Of a stretch of DNA of 64,000 bases, positions 58,721 through 64,000 are shown one piece after another. The notes below the pieces were generated by a model, which was not told where the DNA came from, did not search any database, and was given only the letters and a program-made list of their open reading frames with translations. Within the stretch, counting starts at the first letter, position 1. Every line of letters begins with the position of its first letter. The stretch is from Monocercomonoides exilis PA203 (Eukaryota; Protista; Preaxostyla), in assembly GCA_001643675.2 (NCBI GenBank), contig LSRY02000054.1:1-64000 (forward strand). The letters are read 5' to 3'. The position numbers were made by a program, and so were the translations under genes.

Positions 58721-60499
58721 TAAAAAGTTTGTTTGTTTAATAATTTGAAATTGAGCATTTTCCAAATAAATTTGTATGGAAAAAAAAGCATCATCCTGAT
58801 TATGAATGGATAATAATCATTTTTCAATTATTGAAAAAATTGACTAATAATTATGAAATTAAATATACCTTTTTCTCTTTGATTTATTATTCATTTATTT
58901 TTTCGGAAAAATCCTTAAAAATTTTTGTTTAATAATCAAAATCAAAGATACTTTCTCATTAAAACAATCATTTTGTTTCAACTGTCGCGCTTGCTGTGAT
59001 ATTTTTTCCTTCCATTGAACAATTCTTCATGAAAATTCGCAATTGTCTATTTCAAGGTTAAATAGAAAAGTTTTATTTTTGATCATTTGGGTGATTTATT
59101 TTGATATCATAAAAAATTCCGACGTTTGATCAAAAATTTTTTTCATTATGGGTCGGGTTGAACTGAAAATATTTTTGTTTTTTTGTGCGAAAATATTCAT
59201 TAATATATTGTTATTATTAATTATTTGTTGATTTTAATTTGTTTCAAATTGTTTTTATTTAAAATTTGTGAAAGAATTTCAAAATATATCAAAAAAAAAT
59301 CGAAAATTCAATAAACAGAACAAAACTTTTATTTTCTGGCTTAAAAAACATGATCACAGTAATTACAATAACGTAATAAAATAATCTCATATACAAATAT
59401 ATGTTAAACAATGTTATTGAAAAAGAATAGAATAAGATAAGTTGAAATCAACACATACTTAATGAAATAAATCTATATTAACAGTTGATTCACCAATGTT
59501 CACTTCTCTTTCAACTGTTTCGTTATCTTTATTTTCTGAAAAGCAAAATTTTTGTTTCATGTCTATTTCACGCTCATCATTCAAATGCTCCTTTTTCCAA
59601 AAATTAGATATCCCATTTCCATACCAAACCCTTCATACTAGGCACTTTTCGTATGAATTTGCTCTCCCAACTCGATAGCCACCCTGAACAACGAGATATT
59701 CCGTTCTCACTCATTTTCATTCATTTCGATCTGCTGTCCTGAAAGAAACGCTAAAAATATCAACAGGCAAATATTCATATGGGTCATTCTTTTTGAAAAG
59801 TCGCAAACGTTTAACTGATCTGAAAATTTGATCTCAATTGATCAAAAACTGTTGATCATTCCGTTCCCATCATATATTGCTGAGAATTATTCTTTTCAGT
59901 TTTGTCACTCTATCCCCAAATATTACGTCACAATTAAACAGATTTCATATATCATTTTCACTGCTAAATCATATAAATGAAATTTAAAAATTTTTTTCTT
60001 GTTTTTTGGAGCAACTGAATAATTTGTTCATATTTCTTTGTTTTCATTTCAATTGTTCGAATAAACGTTTTGAATTTCTGAATGTGGACTTCTTTTTAAA
60101 TATTTTCCTATGCAGAAAGACTAATAGAATTAGATTGCTTTTATTCGAGTATTTTTTGTTAGAAATTATTTAACAGGAAAAATATTTCGAAGCTGAGCTG
60201 ATTGTAATTAAAAGAAATTCAATAGGCTGTTAATATTGAGATGTTTTTAATGTAATAATACATAAATGAAGAATATCATATAATTTCTCAAAAATTTATG
60301 TCCTTTTAAAAAAAATATTCAAAAAAGAAATGACATCTCAAGTTTTGAATCATATCAATAATCATATGTTAAATAGCTTTCAACTTTTCATTTTCTTTTT
60401 TGCTCATCTTTTTCTTCTCATTTCCAATCCTTTCCAAAAGAAATTCTGTTCAAACTATTCCATCAGATCAAAAAAGATGAGATTTCGGTGATGGTTGAC

Positions 60500-62800
60500 G
60501 TCTCTAATTTGAACATGGACTTTGTGTTTGTGACACGAAAGGCGCTGCAATTTTGTGTGATGAGTTGTATCAAAAAGCTTCTTGAAGCTGATGTACTGTT
60601 GCATTCGTCTCATTTCTCAGTACCATTAAAATTCTTTATCTTTATAAACTGGAGCAGCTCTCCAGTCAGTTTCTCCATCCTGGAGAAGGAGAAACAAGGA
60701 GAAGAAGGCTGCAGGAGATGATAAATCATCTTCATCTTTGCCTTCGTCATCAGCGCCTGCGGTTGATCCTTCGGATGAATCATCTATGGCTGCATCTCAC
60801 ATTAAACACATAAAACTGCACCACAACGTAAGGTGGCTGGGGATTTGCTTGCATAAGGCAGCTGGGTTGTTGTCGCTTCCATTGTTGCAATCACTTCAAT
60901 CGCTTCAATCGCTGCTACTTGCACTCTAAGTTTTCAATGATGGCTTGTTGTGCTCTGCTTAACAGAACGTGCTGTATCCGTTCAATGTGAAATGTTTTTC
61001 ATTCAACTTGTGGCTTTGCTCACGTTTCTTGATGACTTGCTGAGAAAGAAGTCGTTGAAGAAGCCGATATTAACAGTAGTTGATGTGGATGATTTTCTGT
61101 TAATCTGCAACACGCTTGATCCACCGCTGGCTCCATTGGCCATTGAATGGCTGGCGAACCGATAGAAGTAGTCGAGGCATGCGGAGTGATGAAGCTGGTC
61201 GACAAAATGAGGAAGTGGATGGTTGCAGTGAATGAAGAAGGGGAGGTTGCGGAGAAGGCGCTGGAGGCGGTGGGGCAGAGGGGCTGATGATGGAAGATGT
61301 GGTTCTGTCGCCTGCAGCGATTGTGCTGAATTTGCTGGAAGAAGGAAAAGAAAAAGAAAAAGAAGAAGAAGTTATAAAAAGGAAAAAGGAGGCGAAGCGG
61401 ATGAGCGGGCTGGTAGAGCAGCTGCAGGAGAAGGACAAGATCATCTGGATGAGTCTGATGATAATTCTGGAGCTGAACGAGAAGTACAATGCAGAGGTGA
61501 AGGAGTTGCAGGAGCAGCTGGTTGCGATGAAGGAGATGGCAGCGCTGATTGATGTGGGGATTGAGAAGGAAAAGTCTAGGACGTGGCATGACTAAGTTGT
61601 GAGTGTGGACAGCGCTGGTAAGCTGCTGAGGTCGGGATTGAAGCTTGTCACGTCTTCTTCATCGGTTTCTGTGTGTGGCGGGATGGCTCCGTCTTCAGAT
61701 TAGTTGATCTTGCCTTCGGGGCTGCGTGAAAAGCATCACGAGAAGCTTTCCTCGACTATCGGAGATGGCAGCACTGTGATGCTTGGACCGAATCCAAGTT
61801 TGAAGGAGCTTTCTGTGAAAGTGGAGAGTCTGGCAAGTGTAGTGAGAAAGGTTAAAAGAGCTGATGGAGGAGGAGACTGATGTGAAGGAACAAAGTCAGA
61901 GACAAGCTAGGGGTTGGAGAAGAACAGTGCTGTGGCCAGTGATGGTGGTGAATGTGGAGGAGGAGTGGGTGAAACTGCGAGACAGAAGAATAGCAAAATG
62001 GAGAAGGAATTGAAGACACTGATTGCATTGTCGAAATTGCATAAGAAGATGATGAGTATGCAGAAGGCGCCGTTCAACGAGGTGATTGAAAAGCAGTAGA
62101 TTTCGCTTGCGCAAAAGAAGCAGGAGAAGATGAATAATTCAGCTTCATATGAAGAGATTGCTTAATGAATGTCTGGTTGAGTGAAGAAGCTGGAAGAGAA
62201 TGTGGTGCAAGAACACTTTGGATGGAGCAGGGAGGAAGGGAATAGGAGAAAGGGGCAAGGGAGATGGATGAAGGAAGGAGGAGGAAAAGGAACAGAAGCT
62301 AATGCGTAGAATACGAGGAATCAGAGGAGTGTGAGAAGGCAGTTGAAAGAATTGCAAGCGCGCTGTATGGGATTCCGCTGTCGCCGCACAACAATCCGAA
62401 GAGAGAGCGGGATGATTGGATGCATACTGTCGTTCCAACAGTGGCAAAGAAAGGTGAAGGGAAGGCGACTGTTGTGCAGCGGATGTTCATGCTTCTTGAG
62501 CAGACGACAGACAGCAGAGGCAGTGAAGAGTCGGAATGGCCTGTGACTTCGCCTGGTGGATCGGGGGCAGGGCTGTCTAGCGCAGGCGACGTGCCTTTGC
62601 AGGCTGGGTCAACAGCGAGGGAGAGGCCGATGAGTGCAGTGTCGGGGTCGCTGGAACAGGAAACGTGTAAATCAGCACATGTGCTTCGGGTGCCACACTC
62701 GCGGAGGTCATCCGTGCAAATGAAGCGTTTGTTGAATTTGCTGAAGATAGGTCTGCAGCCGCAGCTAGTGTGGACGCTGATGTAGATTCTGTGGATATTC
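60500..62800 (+). pseudogene. Decayed member of the family at 48560-49775, with coiled-coil-like C-terminal part
   Basis: MEDVVLSPAAIVL and LDPPLAP motifs; many stops. Confidence 0.55.
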
Positions 62801-63789
62801 GGATTCAAGATTGCAACAGACTAGGGTGGGTGTAGTCTCTTGCGGGCAGGGGCGGGTGCGGGGAGGAAGGGGTTTGGGGACTTTGTGGACATGTGGCTGG
62901 GGGAGAAGCAAGCGGTGCAGAAGAAGAGCGATGCGGTGCTGTGAGCAAGGATACATGGGAAGAACTGTTCCGGAAGGACTTTTCAGAGATGGAACTGTTT
63001 AAGGAATTTGCGATGAAAAAGTTTACTTGAGGTGAATTGAAGTTTTCCTGCAAATTGAATGGTGTTTGAAGGGGTGAAGGAAAAGAGATTAAAATGTCTT
63101 TTGGTTGTTTGAGTGGATGCTGTTGGAGAAGACGTATGCAGATACCTCTATGTTTGTGGTGTTTTTACTGAATAACTTCAGGGAAGAAGCAGCTTCCTTA
63201 TATTTGCGATGAAGCTTACCAGTTATAGCCTTTATTGCAGTCTTTGAATTATGTGATTGTGAAGGCGCCAAGATGGTGTTGGTCAACTTGGAGTTTAAGT
63301 TTCATTCAGTATCGAAGGTGATGTGTGAATGGTTTGGGCTGAAGCAACATGCGTAGATTCTTCAGTCGGTGGAAGAGAAGAAAGAATAACGGTGGGCGTT
63401 GTTCCATATTGTGCGGCTGCTGGAAGGGATGGTGAGGCTGCATCTGTGAAGGACATGCAGTCAATGGTGGAGAAAAATGAAGGACAGTGTGCGCTTGTGC
63501 ACTTCGTGAGAGATGAAGTTACACAAGAAAATGGCATTGTAGATGGAGTGAAAGAATAATTTTACAATAATTCATCAACATCTGTTTCTTCATCGCTGTT
63601 GAAAACAAATACTGAATGGAAAGTGAGGAAGATAAACAATGCGCTCCGATCATTTGGTGGATATTGGATGTGATCAACCATCAAATTATCAAAACAATAT
63701 TTTCATCAGCGTTTTCACTCGTCGTAACCATCTTCTTTTTCCCTCTATTCCTTCTTTTTGCAATGAAACTTGATCATTTTTAAAGAATT

Positions 63790-64000
63790 TGAGGGAAGAA
63801 GAAGGAGAAGAAGGAGATGAAGAAGGATTTGAAATAGAAGAAGAAGAAGTAGTAGAAGAAGAGGAAGAGGAAGAGGAAGAGGAAGAGGAAGAGGAAGAGG
63901 AAGAGGAAGAGGAAGAGGAAGAAGAGGAAGAGGAAGAAGAGGAAGAGGAAGAGGAAGAGGAAGAAGAGGAAGAGGAAGAGGAAAAAGAGGAAGAGGAAGA
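63790..64000. repeat. (GAAGAG)n purine microsatellite running off the window end
   Basis: Directly visible. Confidence 0.9.

Overview
Eukaryotic, AT-rich protist DNA with short GT-AG introns, E/S-rich low-complexity genes and many decayed paralogs. Gene style resembles the oxymonad Monocercomonoides; this is an inference, not verified. The best-resolved object is a full-length DIRS-type tyrosine-recombinase retrotransposon (22683-27279). It carries gag-like, RT, RNase H, methyltransferase-like and YR regions, inverted termini and an internal complementary region (ICR). The window also holds the matching empty site (41661-41682) in an inverted duplicate of the same locus, so left end, right end, circle junction and target all point to integration by recombination at one shared TAA. 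That inverted duplication carries two convergent beta-helix-like surface-protein genes with variable N-terminal and near-identical C-terminal modules. Other contents: a second decayed DIRS ending in a GC-rich structured segment, a Merlin/IS1595-like transposase remnant, several MITE/foldback families, a receptor-like pseudokinase, a ~2900-aa low-complexity gene broken at homopolymers, three copies of an intron-containing helical-protein family, and an F-box protein fused to a TMEM185-like multi-pass membrane domain. No rRNA, tRNA or CRISPR array was seen.
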